Shown here: positions 22,387 to 37,164 of the stretch, piece after piece
Layout of the letters: every line of letters begins with the position of its first letter
How positions within the stretch are numbered: position 1 is the stretch's first letter
DNA from: an uncultured virus (IMG/VR IMGVR_UViG_2606217110_000013)
Lineage: Duplodnaviria > Heunggongvirae > Uroviricota > Caudoviricetes
IMG/VR virus record: IMGVR_UViG_2606217110_000013
Location: 1-64,000 of that record
Length of the DNA stretch: 64,000 nucleotides
Reading direction: 5' to 3' (one strand)
Made by a program: the position numbers and the translations under genes
The notes under the pieces: generated by a model
Told to the model about the DNA's origin: nothing
Database searches by the model: none
What the model saw: only the letters and a program-made list of their open reading frames with translations

Positions 22387-24702
22387 TCAGATTTTGCAGG
22401 CTCCGTCGCACTCATCTTCTGGCTCGACGGCTACAGCTTGCGCCAGTGGATTCTGCGGTTCGTCGTCATCACGCTTTCCTGCACCATCTCTGGTGTTGTG
22501 GTAGTAAAGCGTTTTAACTCCCATCTTGTAGGCGAGAAGCAAATCTGACAGTAGCGTCATCATTGGGACTTTATCGCCTTCAAAGCGAGAAGGGTCATAG
22601 TTGGTATTGGCTGAAATAGCCTGGTCAAAGAACTTCTGGATGATCGCCACCTTTGTCAGATAGCCGCGGTTGTCCGGCATATCCCACAGGTATTCATACT
22701 GTTCCTTCAGTTTTTCAAACTCAGGCACGACCATCTTAACGATGCCGTCCTTAGAAGATTTCACCGACACCGGGCCACGAGGCGGTTCGATGCCGTTGGT
22801 GGAATTAGTGATCTGGCTGGAAGTCTCGCATGGCATTTGTGCCGTCAGTGTGGAGTTGCGAAGGCCGTATTTTGCAATACGTTCACGCAGTTCTTCCCAC
22901 GGCATCTTTAACTCAAAGTTGGTTTCGCCACTTTCGTCTAATGAAGAACGGTAATGGTCGATCGGCAACTGACCAATTGCGTATTTGGTCTGCTCAAACC
23001 AGTCACACTCACCTTTTGCTTCAGCAAGTCGGCAGCTGGCATCAAGAAGGTAATACTGGATAGCTTCGAATGTTTCATGCACCAGTTTATTGCCAGCGGT
23101 ATCAGAATAACGAACGCCATTCTTTGCCAGGTAATAAGCAAAGTTGGTTACACCAATTCCCAAGCTACGACGAGCTTTGGCAGGCACTTCGGCTGCCTCC
23201 ATCGGATAGTCTTGATAATCCAGTAACGAATCCAGTGCAGCAACGGCATAGAACGCCACCTCTTTAAGAGACTCCAGTGAACGGATGGCTCCGAGGTTAA
23301 AAGCGGATAAAGTGCATAGCGCGATCTCACCGTTCGGGTCGTCGGTAAATGCCAGTGGACGGGTGGGTAGGGTGATCTCCATACACAGGTTTGACTGGCG
23401 GACAGGTGCAAGAGCAGGAATGAAAGCGCCATGCTCATTAATATGATCGACGTTCGCAATATAAATTCGGCCCGTGGACGCTCGTTCCTGCATCAGAGAT
23501 GAGAACAGCTCAATGGCAGGTACTGACTTCTTGCGAATTGAATCATCGGCTTCGTATTTATGGTACAGCTTTTCAAACAGCTCCTGGTCTGTGAAGAAGG
23601 CTTCGTACATATCAGGCACATCATGCGGGCTGAACAGAGTGATGTTCTCGCTTCTGACGAGTCGACGGTACATTAGACGGTTACTCATGACGCCGTAATC
23701 AAGATGGCGAACGCGGTTTTCATCAATACCACGGTTATTTTTCACCACCAGCAGACTTTCAACTTCAAGATGCCAGATCGGGTAAAACGCTGTTGCTGCG
23801 CCACCACGAACACCACCTTGCGAACAAGATTTAACAGCCGTCTGGAAATGCTTCAGGAATGGAATAACTCCGGTATGGGTGGCTTCACCATTGCGGATCT
23901 CGCTGCCCAGCGCACGGATACGGCCAAAACCAATACCAATTCCAGCACGACGTGAAACGTAGTCGATAATTGCGGCTGAAGCTGCACTAATCCCTTTCAG
24001 ACTATCGCCAGACTCAATCAGCACACAACTGGAGAACTGACGGGTTGGAGTACGGACGCCGGCCATGATTGGTGTGGGCAGAGACAGTTTGAACGTACTT
24101 GTAACGTCATAGAAACCTTTGACCATCTCCATACGTGTTTTGCCAGCGCAGTCGTCTTCCCAATTCTGGAACAGACACATGCCTACCAGCATATAGATAT
24201 GTTGCGGCCCCTCATGAATCTCACCAGTAACACGGTTTTGAACGAGGTATTTGCTTTGCAACTGCACCGTAGCTGCATAGCCAAAAAGATCGTCACGTTT
24301 CGGCTTAATGTAATTGCCGAGTTCTTCGATCTCTTCAAACGAATAATGTGTCAGCAAATCCTTGTCATAAACGCCCTTGTTAACGTTCTTGACAATGTGT
24401 TGGTAGAAGTTCGGATAGTCGTAACGACCGAAGGCATCTTTGCGGATTTTAAAAATGTTCAGGCGGGCAGCCACCTGTGAGTAATTTGGTGCTTCTGGTG
24501 AGATCAAATCAGCGGCAGATTTAACCAAAGCCTCATGCAACTGGCTGGTGGTCATCCCATCAAAAATGCTGGCCGCAGCTCCCATTGCTACAGCGGATGC
24601 GCTTACACCACGAATGCCTTCTACGCCATACATTACGACGCGGTTGTATTTTTCTTCGGATAACGGCTCTGTTTGGCCGTTACGTTTTACGATGCTTATC
24701 AT
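22387..24702 (-). CDS. nrdA: Ribonucleotide reductase class Ia alpha subunit
   Basis: ATP cone, QFSSC, SNLCME, KTLYY, C-terminal CDGAC. Confidence 0.97.
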   Translation of the reverse strand: MISIVKRNGQTEPLSEEKYNRVVMYGVEGIRGVSASAVAMGAAASIFDGMTTSQLHEALVKSAADLISPEAPNYSQVAARLNIFKIRKDAFGRYDYPNFYQHIVKNVNKGVYDKDLLTHYSFEEIEELGNYIKPKRDDLFGYAATVQLQSKYLVQNRVTGEIHEGPQHIYMLVGMCLFQNWEDDCAGKTRMEMVKGFYDVTSTFKLSLPTPIMAGVRTPTRQFSSCVLIESGDSLKGISAASAAIIDYVSRRAGIGIGFGRIRALGSEIRNGEATHTGVIPFLKHFQTAVKSCSQGGVRGGAATAFYPIWHLEVESLLVVKNNRGIDENRVRHLDYGVMSNRLMYRRLVRSENITLFSPHDVPDMYEAFFTDQELFEKLYHKYEADDSIRKKSVPAIELFSSLMQERASTGRIYIANVDHINEHGAFIPALAPVRQSNLCMEITLPTRPLAFTDDPNGEIALCTLSAFNLGAIRSLESLKEVAFYAVAALDSLLDYQDYPMEAAEVPAKARRSLGIGVTNFAYYLAKNGVRYSDTAGNKLVHETFEAIQYYLLDASCRLAEAKGECDWFEQTKYAIGQLPIDHYRSSLDESGETNFELKMPWEELRERIAKYGLRNSTLTAQMPCETSSQITNSTNGIEPPRGPVSVKSSKDGIVKMVVPEFEKLKEQYEYLWDMPDNRGYLTKVAIIQKFFDQAISANTNYDPSRFEGDKVPMMTLLSDLLLAYKMGVKTLYYHNTRDGAGKRDDDEPQNPLAQAVAVEPEDECDGACKI

Positions 24703-24775
24703 GTATCACCAAATAAAGAGGGCCACTAAATATAGTGGCCCATGTTAATAGATAAGCACTTACCTATCAATGAAA

Positions 24776-25345
24776 TCAAATGAGAGACTTAAGAACATCG
24801 CGCACCTGGCGGAACTGATCTGTTTGCATACCGGTATGGATGACAGCCACCGCATCAGCCAAATGTTCGTTTTTGTTCACGAGAACATCCTGTCCAGATT
24901 GCTTACGACGCAGCCACGGTGCTTTAGGGTGTTTTTTCGTAGCCCACTGGATAATCTCTTCTTTCGATGTAGTAAGTTTATTGCCGACAAAATGCTTGAT
25001 TTCGTTTGGAGTAACCTGGATCAATGGCTTATCCACACACGCAAGTACACCGATACAAATACCGTAAGACGTCTGCGAACGAGAGTTTTGGCTCCCAACC
25101 GGTAGCTCACAAAAAACCATATTTGCCTTATCAATGATTGGCTTCGCAACACGCCATATTTCACTGGCTCGGCGCAGATCGTCACTGTTCACACGAACGG
25201 TCTTTTTGTTACTCCCCGCTTTAGTCTCAACAAGAGTAAGGCCGTGAATCTCAAGTTCGTCCGTCTCAAGGTCTAAAGTGCCCACAGCAAGCCCAAAGTT
25301 GCTCATTGAGGGATCAACACCAACTACGCTGATTTTTTTACTCAT
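24776..25345 (-). CDS. RuvC-like Holliday junction resolvase
   Basis: VGVDPS, VFCELP, HLADAVA. Confidence 0.8.
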   Translation of the reverse strand: MSKKISVVGVDPSMSNFGLAVGTLDLETDELEIHGLTLVETKAGSNKKTVRVNSDDLRRASEIWRVAKPIIDKANMVFCELPVGSQNSRSQTSYGICIGVLACVDKPLIQVTPNEIKHFVGNKLTTSKEEIIQWATKKHPKAPWLRRKQSGQDVLVNKNEHLADAVAVIHTGMQTDQFRQVRDVLKSLI

Positions 25346-25354
25346 ATAGTCTCC

Positions 25355-26098
25355 TTACCATGTTCCCCATATAGGGTTTTCCAATAATCTCGCCTCCAAC
25401 GAATTGGCTACTATTGCCGTTTGCAACGTTGGTTGGGGATAGTTTGCAAAGTCTGAATACTCATTTTCCTGCGTGACACGTTTATCTGCGGTATGTTTAA
25501 CACCACTTGCTATGAAATGACGCATGATGCCCAACAGCCTCCGACTGTCTGCACTATCGTTTGCTAAAACATGAGGGAGCTGAAGTTCGATTTCTACCAT
25601 TTCTCCATACTTACCAACAAACTGTAGTTTGTCCGCACTGTACTTTTTATCCCTCCTTTGGATAAGGAAACCAGTAAAAGCATCACCTGGCGATGCCAAA
25701 CTATCCACCCGCTTATTGGCAAGTCGAATAAGGTTCGTGAAAGCCATACAGTGATGCGCACCCATTCCCCCAAAGAACCCTTCGCTATTAATGTTAAGAT
25801 CTTCAGTTTCATGGGATGCAATAAACCCAGGCCCGACGTTGGGAAGATATCCCCCCTCAACAAAAGGATTAATCAGGATCGGCGCAATACATCCAGGTGG
25901 TAGTGATTTCAAACTTTGCATCAATGGTGTCTCGGATATTAGACCAAGCAACGCGGCGAATTGTACTCCGTCAATATTGTTGCTGCCCCATAGAATACGT
26001 GGAGCCGCACCATTGGAAGTATGCCCATTGATCAGTTTTATCGACTGCATCACTGCAAATACCTGCAAAAACTGCGAGCGGCTTAATTTAAACGACAT
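25355..26098 (-). CDS. Hypothetical protein
   Basis: 247 aa, overlaps stop of the SbcC-like gene. Confidence 0.7.
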   Translation of the reverse strand: MSFKLSRSQFLQVFAVMQSIKLINGHTSNGAAPRILWGSNNIDGVQFAALLGLISETPLMQSLKSLPPGCIAPILINPFVEGGYLPNVGPGFIASHETEDLNINSEGFFGGMGAHHCMAFTNLIRLANKRVDSLASPGDAFTGFLIQRRDKKYSADKLQFVGKYGEMVEIELQLPHVLANDSADSRRLLGIMRHFIASGVKHTADKRVTQENEYSDFANYPQPTLQTAIVANSLEARLLENPIWGTW

Positions 26099-28004
26099 AG
26101 CTGCGCCCCTCTTTAACTTCCAGCGTAATAGTTTCCCGGAACCATGACTTCATCTCTTTATGGGAGATAATCAGCACAGTACCTCGCTCGCGAGCTTTGG
26201 ACTCCAGAATACCCATGAGGCGTTCAAGACCGGCTGTATCGAGTGCATCGTCAATTTCGTCGCCGATAAACAAATCGATGTTTTTACTCGCCCGGTTACT
26301 AACCAGATCCTGCAATGCCAAAGAACACGCAATGCGAACCTTCCGCTTCTCACCACCAGAGAGGGTTTGGAACGACTTACTTGAACCTTTCTTCTGCACA
26401 CTAATGTTGAATTTGTCGCGATACTCACCTTTTTTAGTGACATCCATCGTCGACCACTCAGCAGTAATATTCCCGTCAGACAACGTATTGAGATACTCGG
26501 CAGTGCGTGTATTCAGGAAAGGCGTAACAGACGTCAAAATATGAGAACGCACCCCGGCAGGAGAGTAGACCTGACGAGCTTTTTCCAATAGCAACGTTTG
26601 TTCCTGAATAGCCTTCAACTCATCTTTTAAGGACTTGAAGGTAGACTTACTGGATACCAGGTTATCTTCGTGTCTGGCGATAAGAGCAATAAACGGATTA
26701 ATCTCTTTTGATATACGATCGACCTCAGTACGAGCACGAGTCACAAGAGACTCAATAGCAACAACCTCCTTCTCACGATGACGCAAAGATGAGAGTTGTT
26801 TCGTAAGCTCTTCAATCCGGGCAATGATAGCCGTTACATCAGGTGTCGTTTTAACAAGGGCAGACTCAATGCTTAACGCTTTCTCAAGATTCGTTTTGTG
26901 TTTAGCCATTGCCTCTGCAAGTGTCTTCGCCTGACCAATTTCCTGACGTGCTTGTTCAATGAAATTCTCCTTCACCGTTGATAGATCTTCTTCGCAGTAG
27001 GCTTTGCCACAAGTAGGGCATGGTGATCCCACTTTAGTACCAACCTCTTCTGCTTTGGTCTTAAAATTACGCGCGCGGCTCATTGCATCAGCCTGACTAT
27101 TTTCTGTAGCTTTGATGCTTGCCCGAATATCAGTTATCGCACCACGAACTTTGAGCAACTTGGCGTCATGTTCTTCTTTTGAGGCTAACTTTTTGCGCTC
27201 ACTTTCGATTGCCTTCTCGGTATCACGGATCTGTTCGGGAAGAGTGCGGATCTCAAGTTCAACTTCCGTTAACTCAACTTCGGCACTGGCCAGCCCAGCC
27301 AGGGCATCGTCATAACGTTTAGAACGCTCTTGCTCCCATGATTCAGAGGAGGCTTTCGCTGACTCAATTTCTGACTGTGTTGCCTCAATGGTCGAGATTG
27401 TCGACTCCAATTTGGTTTTAACCACATCCATACGTGCGGCAGCTGCATTAGCTCGCTCACGAGCAATAGCGTAGGCGCGTGTCAGTCTGTCAACGCCAGC
27501 GGCTTCTTCTACGATGGTTTTGAGGTTTTTGTCGGACATTCCAGGTAAATCTGGCATAGCTTCTTGGCTCGCATAGATGGAAGCCATGAAAACCTCTTTA
27601 GATGCACCGATCAGACGCTCGACGAACTCTTGCGTCAGCGCATCTTTGCCTTTCGTCATATCGCCGTCTTCACCACGAACGATAAGCCGATTTTTGAACT
27701 CTTTGTGTTTACGGTGACGAATGATCGCATATCTCTTGCCTTCATCCTCGATGGTTACTGCAACACGACAGTTCTTTTCATGGTCGGTAGACAACACATC
27801 GTCCCCCTTCACACCATGAGCTGTTTCGCCATAAAGACACCACATCAGGCTATTCATTAGCGTTGACTTTCCAGAGCCATTACTTGATGCGGAACTATCA
27901 TCACTATTAACACCCTGAATGAGCACTAAACCACGCTGATCTAACTCGACCTCCGCGCTGGCGATAGCCATAAAATTCTCAACCTGGAGCTTTAAAAACT
28001 TCAT
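26088..28004 (-). CDS. SbcC/Rad50-like ATPase (T4 gp46-like)
   Basis: NGSGKST, coiled coil with CPTC hook, LSGGE signature, FIGDE. Confidence 0.93.
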   Translation of the reverse strand: MKFLKLQVENFMAIASAEVELDQRGLVLIQGVNSDDSSASSNGSGKSTLMNSLMWCLYGETAHGVKGDDVLSTDHEKNCRVAVTIEDEGKRYAIIRHRKHKEFKNRLIVRGEDGDMTKGKDALTQEFVERLIGASKEVFMASIYASQEAMPDLPGMSDKNLKTIVEEAAGVDRLTRAYAIARERANAAAARMDVVKTKLESTISTIEATQSEIESAKASSESWEQERSKRYDDALAGLASAEVELTEVELEIRTLPEQIRDTEKAIESERKKLASKEEHDAKLLKVRGAITDIRASIKATENSQADAMSRARNFKTKAEEVGTKVGSPCPTCGKAYCEEDLSTVKENFIEQARQEIGQAKTLAEAMAKHKTNLEKALSIESALVKTTPDVTAIIARIEELTKQLSSLRHREKEVVAIESLVTRARTEVDRISKEINPFIALIARHEDNLVSSKSTFKSLKDELKAIQEQTLLLEKARQVYSPAGVRSHILTSVTPFLNTRTAEYLNTLSDGNITAEWSTMDVTKKGEYRDKFNISVQKKGSSKSFQTLSGGEKRKVRIACSLALQDLVSNRASKNIDLFIGDEIDDALDTAGLERLMGILESKARERGTVLIISHKEMKSWFRETITLEVKEGRSYVV

Positions 28005-28279
28005 ATAACACCTTTGATACCGTGTGTTAGCTTTTGACCTTCTTTCAATCTGAACTCCGTATGCGCCGGGAAGGATCTGCGCCTCAATACGCCTTTTCTG
28101 GTTAACCTTCCAAGATAAAACGCTACGGGATTTCCTTGTGGCGGGTAGGGCTTGTGAAACATCACCGTCTGGCCTCGTTCAAGTCTTTTCATCGTGATGG
28201 CAAAGTCTCGAAAGCTCCCATAACGACTTTGCCTCACACAGCCTCCGAACTCTCCGCTTCGGTGAGGATTTCCTGACAC
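28001..28279 (-). CDS. Small hypothetical protein
   Basis: ORF bridging the SbcD-like and SbcC-like genes; start uncertain. Confidence 0.5.
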   Translation of the reverse strand: MSGNPHRSGEFGGCVRQSRYGSFRDFAITMKRLERGQTVMFHKPYPPQGNPVAFYLGRLTRKGVLRRRSFPAHTEFRLKEGQKLTHGIKGVI

Positions 28280-29319
28280 AAAATATCCAACTTGCTCAGA
28301 TCAAATCCGCCGTCAGTATCGTGGACAATCTTGCAATAAGCAGATACCGACTCTCCCAGGCTATCGATTTTGCTGGTTTCCGTTGTGCTTGCTGTCCCTT
28401 CCATCATTGATGACTTACGGATGAAGTTGCACACGACACCTTTTGCACCCATTGTTTTGAGGATGTTCTGGTACTTAATGCCTTCTTCATCGTTCTCAAT
28501 TACGGCGCGGAAACGCACGTAGTTGCCGCGAATTTGGTCATCGGCAACATAATCTTCCAGGTTAATGAATTTAGGCGCACTGGTTTCGTAGTGACTGAAA
28601 CTGCCGTCCGGGTTTACGATCATGTAACCAGCCAGAGATCCAACATCTCCCCAATTTTGATGGGTCAGCGCACCGACACTGATAACTCCAGGAATGACCT
28701 CTTTGTGGTTGTGGTAATGCCCACTAAGCACGAGACGAAAGCCGATATCCTTTAACTCCTGCGCATCGATACCGACGTCAGGCATTGTTGGAATGGCTTT
28801 GTTAATGGATGTATGGATAACAACGTCATGGTTATCACCTTCTACGCTCTTACGTAATGCTTTCAGATCGCTGATAAGCTCCGCATGATTGTTACGCCAG
28901 CTAATCAGGTGGACAGTCACATCACCAATTTTTATTGAGTGTGGGCGCTTGCCACATACGATTACCACGCCGATAGAACTCAGCGATGCTGCTGCGTTGG
29001 CGCTATATACTGAATCGTTGGTTTCAAGATCGTGATTACCGGCCAGCATTACTACTGTCAGATCAAGCTCGTTGATAATCCACTTGTACGTTTCAGTTAC
29101 GTAATGCAAAACAGAAGGGGACACAGTTCCTCGGACGTGAAATGTATCACCGGCAACCAACATGTACTTACAACCGGCCTTCTTCATGGCGATGGCTGCT
29201 TCTTTCGTTGCTTCCAACTGTATTTCAAGTCTGGAGTTAAGCCCCTCTGCGTTCGTCGTGGAGAACGCATCCCATTTGTGGTAGTGGCAGTCAGAAATGA
29301 CGCCGTATGGCAAAGTCAT
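28234..29319 (-). CDS. SbcD/Mre11-like metallophosphoesterase nuclease
   Basis: SDCH, GDTFH, GNHD, GHYH. Confidence 0.93.
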   Translation of the reverse strand: MTLPYGVISDCHYHKWDAFSTTNAEGLNSRLEIQLEATKEAAIAMKKAGCKYMLVAGDTFHVRGTVSPSVLHYVTETYKWIINELDLTVVMLAGNHDLETNDSVYSANAAASLSSIGVVIVCGKRPHSIKIGDVTVHLISWRNNHAELISDLKALRKSVEGDNHDVVIHTSINKAIPTMPDVGIDAQELKDIGFRLVLSGHYHNHKEVIPGVISVGALTHQNWGDVGSLAGYMIVNPDGSFSHYETSAPKFINLEDYVADDQIRGNYVRFRAVIENDEEGIKYQNILKTMGAKGVVCNFIRKSSMMEGTASTTETSKIDSLGESVSAYCKIVHDTDGGFDLSKLDILCQEILTEAESSEAV

Positions 29320-29573
29320 GTGTTTTTCCTTTGTGGTTATTTTGATACAAATTTTAAGAGCAATGAGAAGGTAAACAACTATGCATAACGGTATGTTAGG
29401 AATGAAACGAGCGTCTTAATATACAAAACTTATAAGTAAGTATATACCTATTTATTGTGGCGCAACTTTGCTTGTCTGTATGACTAAAAATAAGACAGGA
29501 TCACTGTAGAACGCTATGAGAGCTATTTTGAGGAGGCGTAGATTCTATCTACGCCAATATACGATCTGGAGGG

Positions 29574-30218
29574 TTACAGCGCGTCAGTGGGCTTTTTACG
29601 CGCTGCGTTTATGCTTATGACGCCAGCTTTTGGACGTGGGTCAACAAGGTTAAGCTCTTCTTCGCTGTGGTATTCGAGGTCGAACTCACGTTTTACATGT
29701 CTGATGTAGATTGCGGTGAGCAGGCTATCTTTGGTCAGAAAGTGTCCGTAGGATTTGCGGATCACTTCTTCTACCTTCTCGATTTTCTCACCACCCATAC
29801 AGAGATGATTAAACCGGCTGTGTTTCCGCAACATTTCGTCTACTGGGCCTGAGTAAACCTTGTCTACTTTCCCAAAACGGATGATTTTCCCTGTGTCTGC
29901 GGATACGAGGCAAATCAGCTTGTCTGGTGATAAACGATCTCGCCACGTCACACCTGAACGGAGTGTGTTGAAGTAGGGAGCATCCAATCCGATGATCGGT
30001 TTACGAAATGCGAGTAATGGAACGTACCTGATGCAACTGTTTAAATGAAAATTCACACCAGCCTTATCAAGTTTAATTCTGGTTTCGTAGATCGGGCACT
30101 TCGCCGCTATACCGCAGATGTCACAAAGCAACTTCTGCTTATTCAGGTTGGAATTTGATTCGATAGTGTAGGAGCCGTCTTCAAGACGACGAACCCAGCG
30201 CGTGCGTTTTAGATCCAT
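29574..30218 (-). CDS. Hypothetical protein
   Basis: 214 aa, Cys cluster CDIC...C. Confidence 0.7.
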   Translation of the reverse strand: MDLKRTRWVRRLEDGSYTIESNSNLNKQKLLCDICGIAAKCPIYETRIKLDKAGVNFHLNSCIRYVPLLAFRKPIIGLDAPYFNTLRSGVTWRDRLSPDKLICLVSADTGKIIRFGKVDKVYSGPVDEMLRKHSRFNHLCMGGEKIEKVEEVIRKSYGHFLTKDSLLTAIYIRHVKREFDLEYHSEEELNLVDPRPKAGVISINAARKKPTDAL

Positions 30219-30296
30219 ATGTCATTTTTCTGTGATTGTTAGCCGAGGCAACGATAACCCACCAGGTGCGCCGAAGGTAGTAAATGCCTGTTTTAA

Positions 30297-30520
30297 TTAT
30301 TCACATATCCACAGGATAGATCCTAATAAAGAGATCCATAGATAGATCCTTATATAGATCAAATAAGATCCCCGATCGCTGTAAGCCGCGCCACGACTGG
30401 TCTGAAGTCATGTTCATGTATGCTGTCAGCGGTAATTGATAGTCTGTCAGCGGTTCACCGTATGCTGCCAACTGTTTTTGGTATTCTGTCAGCGGCAAAT
30501 CAAGTATGCTGTCAGCGGTT
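30297..30520 (+). promoter_or_regulatory. Plasmid replication origin: DnaA-box-like sites, GATC cluster and about 5 iterons
   Basis: TTATTCACA at 30297, repeated AGATCC, iterons TATGCTGTCAGCGGT at about 30419-30519, directly upstream of repA. Confidence 0.88.
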
Positions 30521-30539
30521 GAATGACAAAGGTGTCCAC

Positions 30540-31634
30540 ATGTCCACAAAAAATAAAAAAGGTAAAAATAACAAAGAAGTAGAAGATAACATCGACAACT
30601 TTGAAGAAGGTTCCCTTGAATTGTACACAGGGGAACTTGTCCCTAATAGCAACAATACAGTCCAACCAATTGCGTTGATGCGACTGGGGTTGTTCGTCCC
30701 CACGCTTAAGGGAACAAAATACAGTAAACGTAACAAGCCAAATGAGATCGATGCTTCAAAGGAGCTTGTCCAGCTCGAAGTAGCCCGTTCTGAAGGCTAT
30801 TCCGATATCAAGATAACCGGTCCTCGTCTCGACATGGATCATGATTTCAAAACGTGGGTGGGCGTTGTGCGTTCGCTGGCAGAATACGGCGAACCTAACG
30901 GTCGTGTCGAGTTAAGCATCACGAAATTTGCGAAGTTTTGTGGCTATCCATCGTCACAGATCCGCAAAACACTCCGCGACCGGCTTACAAACAGTCTTTT
31001 GAAGATCATGCGTACAACTCTGTCTTTCCAGAGAACGTATGAAGAAAAGAACGTCGACGGCTCTAACAAGATCTCGCTTCTGATGGTGCACCTCATCAAT
31101 AGCGTGGACTACAACGAGCAGAAAGATACGGTGGTGTTCTATGCAGAACCGAAGCTGGCCGAACTATATCGCTTTGACCATAAGGTTCTTTTGCAGTTAA
31201 AGGTTATCAATAAGCTACCACGCAAAGAAACAGCACAGGCTCTGTACACCTTCATCGAAAGTCTTCCAACCAAGCCTGCGCCGGTATCGCTTGCTCGATT
31301 GCGTGCGCGACTCAATTTGAGTAGCAGGAATGTCAGCTCGCAGAATCAGACTATACGTAACGGCTTAAAAGCTCTCCAAGATTTGGGCTATCTCGAATAC
31401 AGCGAGATTAAGCGTGGGCGGTCGATCTATATCCAGATTCACAGCCGCAATCCAAAACTCAAAGTCGCACCGCCAAAACCTGAAGACATCGAACCCAAAA
31501 AACCAGATGAGAAAGCCGGGGAAATTGATGCCAAACAGAACATTATCAATAAGATAACCGAACTTTCGCAGAATTTGACGCCTGAAAATATCAAGATGAT
31601 TGAGATCCTTTCCAATAGTCTCAAACTGCTTTGA
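30540..31634 (+). CDS. repA: Replication initiator RepA (FIB/P1-type)
   Basis: NNTVQPIALMRLGLFVP, ITGPRLDMDHDFKTW, QALYTFIESLP; flanked by iterons. Confidence 0.95.
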   Translation: MSTKNKKGKNNKEVEDNIDNFEEGSLELYTGELVPNSNNTVQPIALMRLGLFVPTLKGTKYSKRNKPNEIDASKELVQLEVARSEGYSDIKITGPRLDMDHDFKTWVGVVRSLAEYGEPNGRVELSITKFAKFCGYPSSQIRKTLRDRLTNSLLKIMRTTLSFQRTYEEKNVDGSNKISLLMVHLINSVDYNEQKDTVVFYAEPKLAELYRFDHKVLLQLKVINKLPRKETAQALYTFIESLPTKPAPVSLARLRARLNLSSRNVSSQNQTIRNGLKALQDLGYLEYSEIKRGRSIYIQIHSRNPKLKVAPPKPEDIEPKKPDEKAGEIDAKQNIINKITELSQNLTPENIKMIEILSNSLKLL

Positions 31635-32166
31635 TATGCTGTCAGCGGTGAAATGTATGCTATCAGCGGCTATTTTTCTGAAAAGTATGCTGTGAACGGT
31701 TAAAGATATGCTACCAGCGGTATAGTGAGATGAACGTATGCTGTGAGCGGTAAATCATCTATCACCACTCAATGCTCTGCCATACCTCCCCAGTGGTTAC
31801 TAACCTCGAAGAGTGCATTCCATATAGGTTTGCGCTCACTAACATTCTATTGCTATTGCGCTGATTGCTTGTAGTGAAAGGCATTTATTGCCTGCTACTC
31901 CCTGATAGAATGTATGCTGTCAGCGGTGTTTTATTGAGGAATTTTTGTTTGGATATGCTATCAGCGGTAATTAATGGTATATGTCAGACCTTCGTATGCT
32001 GCCAGCGGTAATTTTGTTCTGGTTATACCCATACCGGGACACATTATTCATGCAATGTCTTAAGTATGCTGTCAGCGGTAAAAAATCGAGTAAAGTATGC
32101 TGTGAGCGGTGAGATAGACTCTCGATATGCTATCAGCGGTAGTTGATTGTGTATGCTGTCAGCGGT
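31634..32166 (+). repeat. Downstream iteron array (copy-control/incompatibility locus)
   Basis: About 12 irregularly spaced copies of RTATGCTRYSAGCGGT. Confidence 0.9.
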
Positions 32167-32213
32167 GACGACTATGAAATATGACTGCGGAACGTGCCGC
32201 AGTCAGTTTGCAT

Positions 32214-32426
32214 TTAGTGTATTTTCTTTAACAGACCCCAAAGTGTTCCGGCTTTTGTAGTCAGTTTTCCTGTTTCTGGATCGTACATACGCCATTCACG
32301 CCGCTGGTGGACGATATACCCATCTTCACGTTCCAGACGCTCAAGAATGCCAGGCTGCTTGAAACCCTTAGCACGCCAGTAGCCGCTTGTTTTCTCGATT
32401 TCCAGACCTGCCAGTGTTAATGCCAT
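32214..32426 (-). CDS. Small hypothetical phage protein
   Basis: 70 aa, AGGAGG RBS, hairpin downstream. Confidence 0.7.
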   Translation of the reverse strand: MALTLAGLEIEKTSGYWRAKGFKQPGILERLEREDGYIVHQRREWRMYDPETGKLTTKAGTLWGLLKKIH

Positions 32427-32761
32427 TACCCAACCTCCTTGCAGTCATCGAAAAGGTAGCTGTCGTTCTTCGCGTGAACGCCGTATACATCACCCGATTT
32501 GTTGTAAACGAACCTATCTTTACCTACGCCAGATAGTTCGCCGTTACGTTTAGTGAGAAACGGGGAAGACAGGACGCGATCATCGCGTACCACATAAAAC
32601 TGTTCGCCACGGTCCACAACCATCGCGCCGTAATTAGCTTTAACGGCGTTGCGGATCAGGCCGTTTTTCGCTTCGACCACAAACATTTCGCACTCATAGA
32701 CATGTGTGTCCGCAAAGACGGGGAGAGTGAGCAGCGCCAGTACCAGGGCTGTTTTCTTCAT
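32426..32761 (-). CDS. Hypothetical exported protein
   Basis: Signal peptide MKKTALVLALLTLPVFA. Confidence 0.75.
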   Translation of the reverse strand: MKKTALVLALLTLPVFADTHVYECEMFVVEAKNGLIRNAVKANYGAMVVDRGEQFYVVRDDRVLSSPFLTKRNGELSGVGKDRFVYNKSGDVYGVHAKNDSYLFDDCKEVG

Positions 32762-32976
32762 GCCACGACTCCTTTGAAAACGCCTAATGCTGAGTCGAAG
32801 ACCAGTACTACGGCCAGCGCATTGATCATCACATCATTAACAGGCGCCAGCGCTTTACGGATTGCCCCTGTGAAGATGCAGTCGAGCACAAAGGCTATCG
32901 AGATAATAAGTAACGTGATATCTAATAAAATTTTCACGATAGGTAAATGCTAACTTATATATTTTTGCTGTAAATA

Positions 32977-33252
32977 TCACTCAAAAGTGCTGATACCCAA
33001 AATGCGCTCAAGATGGGCCGCGTCTTCATCGCTTACCAGCATTGTGTCGTCTACGTACCAGCAGCTACCGTTGTGCCAACAAACACCGTCATCATCGATA
33101 TAAATAGAATCCGCATCCATTCCTGTGTATTCAACTAGATTGCGTTCAATTGCCGCTTGAATTTCTTCATCGTTCAGCCCGTCGCACTTGATCATGAACA
33201 ACGGGTAAACGTCATAGTCGGTACTAGATGAAATGCGAACCAAAGTCTTCAT
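32977..33252 (-). CDS. Hypothetical acidic protein
   Basis: MKTLVRISSS start after AGGAGAAAACAC. Confidence 0.7.
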   Translation of the reverse strand: MKTLVRISSSTDYDVYPLFMIKCDGLNDEEIQAAIERNLVEYTGMDADSIYIDDDGVCWHNGSCWYVDDTMLVSDEDAAHLERILGISTFE

Positions 33253-33320
33253 GTGTTTTCTCCTTGTTGGTAAGTACTTATCTATCTTAATGGACGCTAT
33301 AAGGCGCACAATCATTGTGT

Positions 33321-33424
33321 TCAGGCTGGTGGAAAGAACTTCTCCAGCGTGTGGTTGATAGCCTTATCAATGTGCATCAGGTGCCAGACGACCATATCTT
33401 TGCTTCCAATGCCGCGAGTGTAGA
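33321..33424 (-). pseudogene. 3' remnant of a phage gene truncated by IS
   Basis: Open frame YTRGIGSKDMVVWHLMHIDKAINHTLEKFFPPA* begins at the IS terminus. Confidence 0.5.
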
Positions 33425-37150
<3,726 letters not shown>

Positions 37151-37164
37151 AATTGTAAATTCCC

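Noticed and set aside
31634..32166. CRISPR array
   Set aside because: 16-bp degenerate repeats with irregular spacing, matching the origin iterons beside repA; no cas genes.
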